Assembly (NCBI GenBank): GCA_046861385.1 | Contig: JBHHTW010000007.1 | Location: forward strand, 1 to 64,000 | Reading direction: 5' to 3' | From: Fidelibacterota bacterium | GTDB taxonomy: Bacteria; Fidelibacterota; Marinisomatia; Marinisomatales; TCS55 | Length of the DNA: 64,000 nt | Shown: piece by piece, positions 39,476-48,945 of the stretch | How positions within the stretch are numbered: the stretch's first letter is position 1 | How the letters are laid out: every line of letters starts with the position of its first letter | Notes under the pieces: generated by a model | Told to the model about the DNA's origin: nothing | The model's database searches: none | What the model saw: the letters and a program-made list of their open reading frames with translations, nothing else | Program-made: the position numbers and the translations under genes

Positions 39476-39550
39476 CTACACAGATTCCCCCGCGCCAATA
39501 TTATTGGCGTTAATATTATTGCGATTGGAGTTATCTGTGAAAAGTATCAT
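39476..39550 (-). CDS. Asn-rich leader peptide MILFTDNSNRNNINANNIGAGESV (putative asnB attenuator peptide)
   Basis: ATG 39550 to TAG 39476; 7 Asn codons within codons 7-17; followed by a terminator and asnB. Confidence 0.8.
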   Translation of the reverse strand: MILFTDNSNRNNINANNIGAGESV

Positions 39551-39597
39551 ACGTTTCTCATGGTCAATTTAGGAATAATTACTCCTAACAAACATTT

Positions 39598-40572
39598 CTA
39601 ATTTTCTGACACCATAAATTTGGCTACGCGATTCTTTACTGGTTTCACTGTCATTAAATAATCATAAATCGCCCCCAGGTCTTCTTCTGTCATTCCCGCG
39701 TAAAACGTCCAAGGCATAACCGTGTTGCCTTCTCCGTCCGGAACTATCATGTTTTTTGCTTCTTTATCTGCATAAGCTTTAAACATTCCAATGAAGTTTT
39801 CCTTGGTTTTGTTGCCCATGCCCGTTTCAAGGTCTGGGGTAATATTTGCAGAAGTGGCAACTGTTCCATTTGGAAATGGAAATTTAAATCCACCGGCATA
39901 ATCCATGCCGGCTATTTTTTGTCCCCGTTTGTCCTGAGGTGTGTGGCAACCAGCGCACCCTGAGATGGTGGTCATATATTTCCCATAGGCGAGATGATCC
40001 GTTTTAACAGGCTCCGGATTGGCTTTAGACGGTTTTGGAATGGTTCGTACAATATATTGCATAGGAAAATTTAATTTCCTTTTTGGAGGTGTATATTCAG
40101 CGGCTTTTAAAGTCCGGATATAAGCCACTATCGAAAATAAATCTTCCTGGCTCAAGCTTGAATAATATTCGTACGGCATGATAGGAAACAGCGCTTCTTC
40201 TGCCTTGTTGACTCCGGAAGTTATTGCTCTTGCCAACTCGCCGTCAGACCAGTCGCCAATAGCATATGGAGTGATGTTTTTAGAATATACTTTCCCAGGA
40301 AGCCCCTTGGACTCGTCAAAGAGTTCTCCTCCTTTTCCTTCTGTACCTGGCTCAATCGGGCCAGAATATTTATTCCAGTTTCTTGTGGCATGACAATCAA
40401 TACATACGGTAACGTGATTTGCCAAGTACTTCCCTCGTTCAATTCTGCTGGGGGTTTGTTCAACCGTGATTTCTTCTGGGGGTCCAACTTTTATTGGGAC
40501 CAGACTGGTACACGCTGATACAATTAATAGAAAAAAGAGGATAGACATTATCCTCTGATTATTTTGGCTCAT
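39598..40572 (-). CDS. Dihaem c-type cytochrome, probable lipoprotein
   Basis: CIDCH and CAGCH motifs, two NITP motifs; lipobox VSAC. Confidence 0.88.
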   Translation of the reverse strand: MSQNNQRIMSILFFLLIVSACTSLVPIKVGPPEEITVEQTPSRIERGKYLANHVTVCIDCHATRNWNKYSGPIEPGTEGKGGELFDESKGLPGKVYSKNITPYAIGDWSDGELARAITSGVNKAEEALFPIMPYEYYSSLSQEDLFSIVAYIRTLKAAEYTPPKRKLNFPMQYIVRTIPKPSKANPEPVKTDHLAYGKYMTTISGCAGCHTPQDKRGQKIAGMDYAGGFKFPFPNGTVATSANITPDLETGMGNKTKENFIGMFKAYADKEAKNMIVPDGEGNTVMPWTFYAGMTEEDLGAIYDYLMTVKPVKNRVAKFMVSEN

Positions 40573-40942
40573 TTAATTATCTCCCTTTTGGTTTTCCCTG
40601 GCTCATGTCTTATGATTCATAACATGAGCATTAAGTAATAATTTATAAAAGGTATATATTTTTTAAAATGTGGAAATTTTTAACCACTATAGAGAATATT
40701 TGACGGTGAGAGGCTTGTTTTCTTATCAACGCCCATTATTTACAACTTAACATTATTAATCCATTGAATTTTTGAGTCGGATGTCCTGATTAATTTTTCG
40801 GTTAAAGAGGCCGCCTCATTTTATCAAGTTTCTTTTCTGCCTATTAAATGCTGTGTTGCAATGAGCAGATGAAATAATTTTTTGAAAACCACAAACCATT
40901 CACTAAAAAACAAAAATCGAATAAAGCTTTACTGTATAACTA

Positions 40943-40954
40943 TTTAATATTAAA
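40943..40954. promoter_or_regulatory. Putative MarR operator
   Basis: Perfect palindrome TTTAATATTAAA 8 bp upstream of the marR start; the sequence is AT-rich, so chance is possible. Confidence 0.45.
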
Positions 40955-40962
40955 CTATAATT

Positions 40963-41415
40963 ATGCATAGTAAGATAAAATCGTATTCTGAGGGCCAGCG
41001 TCGTGTGTTGAGCGCGTGGGTAAAGCTCAATCGATCTGCTGAATCGATCGCTCAAACGGATTGGAAAATTATTAACGAACACGGATTAACTGCCTCTCAA
41101 TTCGGAGCAATGGAAACCCTTTACCACAAAGGACCCATGTGTCAAAAGGCTTTGGGCGAAAAATTGCTACGTAGTGGTGGAAATATGACCAAGGTAGTAG
41201 ATAATCTTGAGCGGGATGGATATGTCGTCCGCGTACGAGATGAGAACGACCGCAGATACTTTAGAATTCAACTTACGCAAAATGGGACCGATAAAATCGA
41301 AGTCGTATTTCCAAAAATATTAGCAAATCTTATGAATCGATTTTCGGTCCTTACTAAACAAGAACAACAAGCCTTATCCGGATTGTGCAAACGATTAGGA
41401 TTAGGAATAAAATAG
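40963..41415 (+). CDS. MarR family regulator
   Basis: GLTASQF, T.VVDNLE..GYV.R......DRR...I.LT..G winged helix. Confidence 0.93.
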   Translation: MHSKIKSYSEGQRRVLSAWVKLNRSAESIAQTDWKIINEHGLTASQFGAMETLYHKGPMCQKALGEKLLRSGGNMTKVVDNLERDGYVVRVRDENDRRYFRIQLTQNGTDKIEVVFPKILANLMNRFSVLTKQEQQALSGLCKRLGLGIK

Positions 41416-41424
41416 GAGTAAAAG

Positions 41425-41802
41425 ATGAAAAAACTAATCTGGATTCCCCAAGGATTATTGATCGTTATGTTTGCTATGGTTGGTTTTATGAAACTAACCC
41501 AACCCATTGAAGCCTTAAGTGCACAAATGTCGTGGGTAACCCATTTTCAACCTTGGATTGTGAGAACGATCGCTTTTTTAGAAATTCTTGGTGCCGTAGG
41601 ATTATTATTGCCTGCTTTCATAAAATCATTACCATCAAAATTAATGTTTTTTGCTGCAGCGGGATTAGCATTAACTATGGTTGGTGCTGTAATTACACAT
41701 GTGGCGATCGGCGAAACCAGCCAATCAATTATTCCATTCGTTTTGTTCGCAATGTCTGCCTATGTGACTTTTTATAGAAATAGAGAATTAGGTGAGGCTT
41801 AA
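41425..41802 (+). CDS. DoxX family membrane protein
   Basis: G.MKL, LEILGAVGLLLP, MVGAVITH. Confidence 0.88.
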   Translation: MKKLIWIPQGLLIVMFAMVGFMKLTQPIEALSAQMSWVTHFQPWIVRTIAFLEILGAVGLLLPAFIKSLPSKLMFFAAAGLALTMVGAVITHVAIGETSQSIIPFVLFAMSAYVTFYRNRELGEA

Positions 41803-41845
41803 TTACGCTGTCCATGAAAAGTCCTATTAAAAGAATGATAAAATT

Positions 41846-42451
41846 ATGAATAAAAAAATACTGCTCTTCGCAGTGTTCGGCTTGCTTACAATAAGCTCCG
41901 CCAAGCAAAATACTGAACAATCGATTACCATTAATACACAGAACAGCACACTGGAATGGGTTGGGACTAAAGTAACCGGGACGCATAACGGTACAATCTT
42001 AATGGAATCGGGAACTGTCCGACTAAAAGAAGACCGCTTGGTTGGGGGTACTTTTATCATCGATATGACCAGCCTTGTTAATTTGGATATTGAAACAGAA
42101 GAATGGAATCAGAAATTGGTGGGTCATTTAAAATCGGAAGATTTTTTCTCAGTAGTGTCCCACCCCACTGCCACGTTTGAAATCACCAAAGCCCAATTTC
42201 GCCATTCCGTAAAAGCAAATGAAGCCAATTATGATATATCAGGAATTCTGACCATTAAACGTATTGCAAAAGAGGTTGGCTTTTCAGCTCTAATTGTTCA
42301 AAACAAACAGGGATATATAGCCACTGGAAAAATCGAATTAGACCGTACCCGTTGGGACATTCGCTATCGTTCCAGTAAATTTTTCGAAAATCTGGGGGAT
42401 AAAATGATTCACGATATTTTCACCATAAAGTTTTCATTAAAGACTGATTAG
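41846..42451 (+). CDS. YceI family protein
   Basis: S.LEWVG.KVTG.H.G, HLKSEDFF...HP.A.F, DRT.WDI.Y. Confidence 0.9.
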   Translation: MNKKILLFAVFGLLTISSAKQNTEQSITINTQNSTLEWVGTKVTGTHNGTILMESGTVRLKEDRLVGGTFIIDMTSLVNLDIETEEWNQKLVGHLKSEDFFSVVSHPTATFEITKAQFRHSVKANEANYDISGILTIKRIAKEVGFSALIVQNKQGYIATGKIELDRTRWDIRYRSSKFFENLGDKMIHDIFTIKFSLKTD

Positions 42452-42514
42452 TCTGTGGAAGGGGCGGTAAAGTATATCCAATGGAAATTAATCGATGTCT
42501 TTGAATAAACTGAA

Positions 42515-43345
42515 ATGATGAATCAACGAAGTATCCAGCGCATTATTAACGGGGTTCAAACGTCCGATGGCGCCGGTGTAAATCTCACCCGTATTATCGG
42601 AGGACATGAATTAGATATGCTGGATCCGTTTCTTCTGTTAGATGAATTTGGCAGTAGCAATCCCGATGACTACATCGCCGGATTTCCTCCTCATCCCCAC
42701 CGTGGATTTGAAACCATTACTTATATGGTGAAAGGCAAATGGCAGCACAAAGATTCAGCCGGAAACGAAGGCCTGTTGGGAGACGGTTCTGTTCAATGGA
42801 TGACCGCCGGGCGTGGAATCGTTCACAGTGAAATGCCCGTTCAAACCAATGGGCAAGTCAGGGGATTTCAGCTTTGGCTAAATCTTCCAAAAGAAAAGAA
42901 AATGGTCGAACCGGCTTATGTAGATATTCCTGCAGCCGCCATTCCCAGCGTTTCCTTCAATGGGGGATATCTCAAAGTCATTTCAGGCAGATTCAACGGG
43001 GCTATTGGTCCCGGCGCGCCACATACGGGTATGTTGTACTATGATGTTCATTTAACCAGTAATGCGGAGATTGAAATGTATATAGACGATGGCTGGAATA
43101 CATTTATTTACATCTATGGGGGCAGTGTATTAGATGATCAAACAATATCTACCGGGCAACTGGCTGTATTTAATCAACGCGGAAAATTAAAATTGAACGC
43201 AGGCGATGAAGGCGTACAATGCATTGTCGCTGCGGGGAAGCCCTTAAAGGAACCTGTGGTCAGGGGTGGCCCATTTGTCATGAATACCCGGGGAGAGGTT
43301 CTCCAGGCTTTTTCAGACTATCAAGAAGGGATGTTTGGAATATGA
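42515..43345 (+). CDS. Pirin family protein
   Basis: DPFLLLD, HPHRGFETITY, QWMTAGRGIVHSE, GPFVMNT. Confidence 0.95.
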   Translation: MMNQRSIQRIINGVQTSDGAGVNLTRIIGGHELDMLDPFLLLDEFGSSNPDDYIAGFPPHPHRGFETITYMVKGKWQHKDSAGNEGLLGDGSVQWMTAGRGIVHSEMPVQTNGQVRGFQLWLNLPKEKKMVEPAYVDIPAAAIPSVSFNGGYLKVISGRFNGAIGPGAPHTGMLYYDVHLTSNAEIEMYIDDGWNTFIYIYGGSVLDDQTISTGQLAVFNQRGKLKLNAGDEGVQCIVAAGKPLKEPVVRGGPFVMNTRGEVLQAFSDYQEGMFGI

Positions 43346-43905
43346 ATCGATGTTCTTGGGCTGATCACAGTCCTCTATATCAAAAATACCATGATGAGGA
43401 GTGGGGCGTTCCTGCTCATGATGATAATACTTTGTTTGAATTTCTCATATTAGAAGGGGCCCAGGCAGGGTTAAGCTGGGAAACCATTTTGAAAAAACGA
43501 GACGGATACAGAGAAGCTTTCGACTATTTTGATGCAAAAAAGATATCTGTTTATTCTGAATCAAAAATTAGGAAATTGCTTCAAAATCCGAACATTGTAC
43601 GCAATAAACTCAAAGTGAATTCAGCCGTATTGAATGCCAACTTATTTCTAGATGTTCAAAAGGATTTCGGGAGTTTCGACAACTATATTTGGCAATTCAC
43701 AAATGGAAAGACTATCCAAAATTCCTACCGTGATATGTCCGAAATTCCTGCAAGCACACCGGGGTCCGATGCCATGAGTAAAGATTTAAAAAAACGCGGT
43801 TTCAAATTTATAGGAACCACCATCTGCTATGCGTTTATGCAGGCAGTGGGAATGGTTAACGATCATGTGGTCAATTGTTTCAGGTATAAAGAGCTATCAT
43901 CATGA
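43342..43905 (+). CDS. tag: DNA-3-methyladenine glycosylase I
   Basis: RCSW, YHDEEWG, LEGAQAGLSW, NDH...C; start reassigned to ATG 43342. Confidence 0.94.
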   Translation: MNRCSWADHSPLYQKYHDEEWGVPAHDDNTLFEFLILEGAQAGLSWETILKKRDGYREAFDYFDAKKISVYSESKIRKLLQNPNIVRNKLKVNSAVLNANLFLDVQKDFGSFDNYIWQFTNGKTIQNSYRDMSEIPASTPGSDAMSKDLKKRGFKFIGTTICYAFMQAVGMVNDHVVNCFRYKELSS

Positions 43906-44354
43906 AAGCCCATTATATCGGACACATTGTTTTTTATGTAAAGGAACTGGAGAGTTCACTTGCATTTTATAGAGACCTTTTAGGGTTTAATCATATCGGA
44001 ACGCTTTCCCGTCCGTTTAAAGCGGCTGCCTTAACGTCCGGAAGAACCCATCATGAGATTTTACTCATTGAAGTGGGTGAAGCTCCTCGACCTCCTAAAG
44101 GACATCGAATCGGTTTATATCATGTTGGAATCAAAATAGGTGACTCCTTAGAGGAATTAAAAGCTGCCCGGGATGAATTAATCGAAGTGGGCGCTCCGAT
44201 TACTGGTATGAGTGACCATACCGTTACTCAAAGTATTTATCTAAAAGACCCTGATGGCAACGAAGTGGAGCTTTATGTAGATAATCCAGATATTGACTGG
44301 AAAACAGATCCTTCTGCAATTATGAAGGGTGGAATTAAACCCCTCATTCTCTAA
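43902..44354 (+). CDS. VOC (glyoxalase/extradiol dioxygenase) family protein
   Basis: IGHIV, FYRDLLG, GLYHVG, SIYLKDPDGNEVELY. Confidence 0.9.
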   Translation: MKAHYIGHIVFYVKELESSLAFYRDLLGFNHIGTLSRPFKAAALTSGRTHHEILLIEVGEAPRPPKGHRIGLYHVGIKIGDSLEELKAARDELIEVGAPITGMSDHTVTQSIYLKDPDGNEVELYVDNPDIDWKTDPSAIMKGGIKPLIL

Positions 44355-47047
44355 TCTAAACTTGCCTGCGCTGCCGCTAGCCTGGCAACCGGAACGCGGA
44401 AAGGAGAGCAACTCACATAATCCAGTTTATTTTCTTTACAAAAATGAATCGAGGCAGGATCTCCTCCATGCTCACCACAAATACCTATTTTCAATTTTGG
44501 ATTCACTCCTCGGCCCAGTTTAACTGCCATGGTAACCAGCTTACCAACGCCTTTGATATCCAGGCTTTGGAATGGGTCGTGTGTTAATATTTTATTTTCC
44601 AGATAATGGGGCAGGAAGGAACCGATGTCGTCACGACTGAACCCGTAAGTGGTTTGTGTTAAATCGTTTGTACCAAAGCTAAAAAATTCAGCATGTTCTG
44701 CAATTTCATCTGCCGTCAGACATGCCCTGGGTAATTCAATCATTGTGCCCACTGTATAATCGACTTTTATATCAAACTCCTCCACTACTGATTCAGCGAC
44801 AGAACGAATAATTTTTTCCTGGTTTTGGAATTCGGTTACCGTTCCCACAAGCGGTATCATAATTTCCGGATAGACCTTTTTTCCTTCTAATGTTAGTTCT
44901 GCGGCAGCTTCCATGATAGCTCGCCCTTGCATTTCTGTTATTTCCGGATAGGCAATGCCCAAACGACAGCCTCTATGACCAAGCATTGGGTTTAATTCGT
45001 GGAGTCCCGCGATTCGTTTTTCCACAAGACTCTTTTCAACGCCAACACGTGCAGCAAGATCTGCCGTTTGTTTATCCGTCAGGGTTATAAATTCATGGAG
45101 AGGAGGATCCAACAAGCGGATGGTTACCGGTAGTGTTTCCATCGCAGACAAAATGCCTTTAAAATCTTTTTTCTGGTAAGGTAAAAGCTCCATCACTGCA
45201 GAACGTTTATCCTCCGGATTATTTGCCAATATCATTTTCCTCACCGCCAAAATACGTTCTTCGTCGAAAAACATATGCTCCGTCCGGCATAGGCCAATAC
45301 CTTCTGCTCCAAACCCTCGAGCCTGGGCAACGTCCTCCGGAGTGTCTGCGTTGGTGCGAATTTTTAATGACCTAACATCATCGGCCCAGTTCATCAATAT
45401 TTTATATTCATCATGAGTTTCAGGGTCCGCGGGTATTAATTCCAATTGCCCGGAATAGACTTTACCGACTGTTCCGTTCATGGTAATCCAGTCACCTTCT
45501 TTCAGTACAATATTTTGAATATGAACCTCACGTTTTTTCAAATCTATATGCAGTGCTCCGCAACCGACGATGCAGCATTTTCCCCAGCCCCGGGCAACCA
45601 GCGCCGCGTGGGAAGTCATTCCGCCCTTGGCCGTCAGAATGGCTTCTGCTGCGTGCATACCATGAACATCTTCCGGTGATGTTTCTTCTCTGATTAAAAT
45701 TACTTTTTCACCCCGATCACGCCACCGTTCCGCATCATCAGCTGTAAATACAATTCTACCTGACGCTGCCCCTGGTCCCGCCGGAAGCCCTTTTGCCAAT
45801 GTGGTCGCTTTCTTCTCGCTGTCAGGATCAAGATTTGGGTGGAGAAGCTCATCCAACTGTTCGGGTTTAATTCGCATTAATGCAGTGTTTCTATTAATCA
45901 GTTTTTCGTTTGCCATATCTACTGCCATTTTAATGGCTGCGGCTCCATTCCTTTTTCCTGATCTTGTTTGCAGCATCCACAAACGTCCATCTTGAATGGT
46001 AAATTCAATATCCTGCATATCAGTGTAATGATTTTCCAGCGTGTTCCGTATAGTCACTAACTGCTGATATGATTCTGGCATGGAAGTTTCTAGAGATGGT
46101 AAGTTTTTTGTGTCTGGTGTTTTTATTTCCTCGTTTAATGGGTTTGGAGTGCGGGTACCAGCGACCACATCTTCTCCTTGTGCGTTGGTCAGCCATTCGC
46201 CATAAAATTTATTTTCGCCCGTTGCAGGATTTCTCGTAAAAGCAACCCCGGTAGCGCTTTCGTCGCCGGTATTACCAAAAACCATTGCCTGTACATTAAC
46301 AGCTGTTCCCCACTCATCGGGTAATTTTTCAATTCGTCTATAGTTGATTGCCCTTGTTCCATTCCAGCTTTGAAAGACGGCTTTTATACCTCCCCAAAGT
46401 TGTTCCATGGGATCGTCCGGGAATTCTGTTCCTAGAGTATTTTTTATTTCTTCTTTGAAAGACTCAGACAATTGTTTCCAGTCATCTCCGGTCAAATCAG
46501 TGTCTGATGTATATTGCTTTGCGTCTTTGTGTTTATCTAACAATATTTCCAGTTTTCTGCGAATGCCTTCTCCTTCTTCCGGCTCCTCCCCGGCTGCTTT
46601 TTCCATGACCACATCTGCATACATCATAATTAACCGGCGGTAGGCGTCATAAACAAATCTGGGATTGTTTGTTTGTTTTATCAGTCCCGGGATGGTTTTA
46701 GAAGACAGTCCTACATTTAACACTGTTTCCATCATCCCCGGCATGGAAATCCTGGCTCCGGAACGGACAGAAACAAGCAGTGGGTCGTTTTCAGAACCAA
46801 ACATTTTGTCCATTTCATTTTCGATCACTTTAAGACCTGATAAAACTTGTTCTTCCAAAACATCCGGCAGCTTCTGGTCGTTGTCATAATAATGTGTACA
46901 CACTTCTGTGCTGATTGTAAATCCCGGCGGCACGGGAAGTTTTAGATTGGCCATTTCGGCCAGATTCGCACCTTTGCCACCAAGAGCCTCTTTCATTTTT
47001 GCAGATCCATCTGCTTTTCCGGATAAGAACGAGTAGACGTATTTCAT
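44351..47047 (-). CDS. ppdK: Pyruvate, phosphate dikinase
   Basis: GGKGANLAEM, SVRSGA..SMPGMM, GGMTSHAA phospho-His loop, FSFGTNDLTQ. Confidence 0.97.
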   Translation of the reverse strand: MKYVYSFLSGKADGSAKMKEALGGKGANLAEMANLKLPVPPGFTISTEVCTHYYDNDQKLPDVLEEQVLSGLKVIENEMDKMFGSENDPLLVSVRSGARISMPGMMETVLNVGLSSKTIPGLIKQTNNPRFVYDAYRRLIMMYADVVMEKAAGEEPEEGEGIRRKLEILLDKHKDAKQYTSDTDLTGDDWKQLSESFKEEIKNTLGTEFPDDPMEQLWGGIKAVFQSWNGTRAINYRRIEKLPDEWGTAVNVQAMVFGNTGDESATGVAFTRNPATGENKFYGEWLTNAQGEDVVAGTRTPNPLNEEIKTPDTKNLPSLETSMPESYQQLVTIRNTLENHYTDMQDIEFTIQDGRLWMLQTRSGKRNGAAAIKMAVDMANEKLINRNTALMRIKPEQLDELLHPNLDPDSEKKATTLAKGLPAGPGAASGRIVFTADDAERWRDRGEKVILIREETSPEDVHGMHAAEAILTAKGGMTSHAALVARGWGKCCIVGCGALHIDLKKREVHIQNIVLKEGDWITMNGTVGKVYSGQLELIPADPETHDEYKILMNWADDVRSLKIRTNADTPEDVAQARGFGAEGIGLCRTEHMFFDEERILAVRKMILANNPEDKRSAVMELLPYQKKDFKGILSAMETLPVTIRLLDPPLHEFITLTDKQTADLAARVGVEKSLVEKRIAGLHELNPMLGHRGCRLGIAYPEITEMQGRAIMEAAAELTLEGKKVYPEIMIPLVGTVTEFQNQEKIIRSVAESVVEEFDIKVDYTVGTMIELPRACLTADEIAEHAEFFSFGTNDLTQTTYGFSRDDIGSFLPHYLENKILTHDPFQSLDIKGVGKLVTMAVKLGRGVNPKLKIGICGEHGGDPASIHFCKENKLDYVSCSPFRVPVARLAAAQASLD

Positions 47048-47048
47048 A

Positions 47049-48455
47049 TTATACCTTTTGAATGGATAAATAGTTTGTTGTTCCCGGGACGCCGACGGGA
47101 ACGCCGCCTGTTATGATATATCTGCTGTCCGGTTTGATTAGTTTTTTCTTTTTTAGAATTTTTTCCGCTATATTTGGAACATCGTCAACGCTTTGATATT
47201 CGTTAATTTTAAAAGGTGAAATTCCCCAAACGATTGACAATTTTCTGCACGTTTCAACAATGGGCGTTAGAGCCACTACGGGGACATTGGGACGATAGCG
47301 TGAAATCATTAACGCAGTGCTCCCTGAGTAAGTCATCGTTATTATACAGGCTACAGATAGGTCGTGAGCGGCTTGTTGTGTAGCATGACTAATCGCGTTT
47401 GCGGTGTTTATTCCTCCTATGGGTCTTGGGATGGTTTCAAAGTCAATTGTTTTCTCTGTTTCAATAACCACTGTGCTCAATACATCGATTACTTCAATGG
47501 GATAATTGCCGCTTGCCGTTTCTCCCGTGACCATCAAGGCGTCTGCTCCGTCAAAAATGGCGTTTGCAATATCGCTCACTTCCGCCCGGGTTGGCACAGG
47601 TTCTTTTATCATAGACTCCAGCATTTGAGTGGCAATAATGACAGGTTTACCAAATAGATTCGCTTGTTTAATAATTTTCTTTTGAGCAAGGGGAACCTGT
47701 TCGGGCGGCGTTTCAACGCCAAGATCTCCCCGGGCAACCATTACAGCATCAAATTTTTTTATAATTGCATCTAAATTTTGGAGCGCTTCCCATTTTTCAA
47801 TTTTTGCAATGATGGGAATTTTCGCTTTTGCTTTTTGTAATTGAGCGTCTATTTCTGCTTTATCATCAGCAGTACGAACAAATGATAGGGCTATCCAGTC
47901 TGCCTCTTCACGGATTGCCATTTGCAAGTCTTTTTTATCCTGATCGGTTAACGCCGGAAGATTGAGCATAACGCCTGGGAAGTTTACCCCTTTACTTTTT
48001 TCAATTCTTCCTCCAAGCACAGTTGTGCATTGAAGCTTGGTTGAAGATAATTTTTTTTCAACTTTAACATGAATACGACCATCGTTGATTTTTATTCCGG
48101 CACCGTTCTCTATTTTGGTAAATTGTATTCCCTGGGAAATCACTACTGTATCTGATTTGGGCTTTCCTCTGCTACTTATAAAAATTTTTTGTCCTTTTTT
48201 AATTTTAAAATCTGGTTCAACATCCTTCACGCGTATTTTGGGTCCGGATAAATCAACAATAATACAAGGCCTTTCTCCTTCCTTTAGTTTGACTTGTTTT
48301 ATCAAACGGAGAAGGCGCTCTTTATCTTCCTGCTTTCCGTGAGACATGTTCACACGAAAGGCGTTGACGCCTGCTTTAACCATTTTGTTTAATTTTGGAA
48401 GGGTTGCACATGCCGGGCCAATGGTGGCAATTATTTTAGTTTTATTTGATGTCAT
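47049..48455 (-). CDS. pyk: Pyruvate kinase
   Basis: TKIIATIGP, IIAKIE, MVARGDLGVE, ATQMLESM..PTRAEVSD. Confidence 0.96.
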   Translation of the reverse strand: MTSNKTKIIATIGPACATLPKLNKMVKAGVNAFRVNMSHGKQEDKERLLRLIKQVKLKEGERPCIIVDLSGPKIRVKDVEPDFKIKKGQKIFISSRGKPKSDTVVISQGIQFTKIENGAGIKINDGRIHVKVEKKLSSTKLQCTTVLGGRIEKSKGVNFPGVMLNLPALTDQDKKDLQMAIREEADWIALSFVRTADDKAEIDAQLQKAKAKIPIIAKIEKWEALQNLDAIIKKFDAVMVARGDLGVETPPEQVPLAQKKIIKQANLFGKPVIIATQMLESMIKEPVPTRAEVSDIANAIFDGADALMVTGETASGNYPIEVIDVLSTVVIETEKTIDFETIPRPIGGINTANAISHATQQAAHDLSVACIITMTYSGSTALMISRYRPNVPVVALTPIVETCRKLSIVWGISPFKINEYQSVDDVPNIAEKILKKKKLIKPDSRYIITGGVPVGVPGTTNYLSIQKV

Positions 48456-48495
48456 TATCTTGAAGAAATAATGTTAAAATATTCCCGTTTGACCA

Positions 48496-48879
48496 TTAGT
48501 TAATTGAAAAGGGGATTGCCAGTTTAAATGGATTAATATTGGCATCGAAATATTCTCCATTATCGCGTATCATTTGAAATGATCCCCGCATAACCCCAAA
48601 CTCTGTAGATAGGGGACAATAGCTGGTGTATTCAAACGATTCTCCGGACATTAGCAGTGGTTTTTTACCAATAACCCCCGGCCCGCGTATTTCTTCTATG
48701 TTGCCTTTGGCGTCTGTAATGTGCCAATAACGACTCATTAATTGAATATTCTCTTTTGATTCATTTGTGATTCTTATGTGATAGGCAAAAAAATAAATAG
48801 GCTTTGTCGGGTTTGATCTTCTAGGGATATATTCCGGAGAGACAGTTATCCGTATCCCGTTAGTAATAGCGTTTGACAT
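48496..48879 (-). CDS. apaG: ApaG protein
   Basis: FAY.IRI.N, SR.W.ITD..G..EE..GPGV.G..P, FEYTS. Confidence 0.93.
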   Translation of the reverse strand: MSNAITNGIRITVSPEYIPRRSNPTKPIYFFAYHIRITNESKENIQLMSRYWHITDAKGNIEEIRGPGVIGKKPLLMSGESFEYTSYCPLSTEFGVMRGSFQMIRDNGEYFDANINPFKLAIPFSIN

Positions 48880-48945
48880 TAAAATCCTAAAGCAAATATT
48901 GTTTTCAATTTATAACTTCCCTAATTGAAAATTTAAGGAAAAAGC

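Noticed and set aside
40601-40629. Inverted repeat GCTCATG...CATGAGC upstream of the cytochrome c gene
   Set aside because: Could be an operator or RNA hairpin, but there is no second copy or other support.
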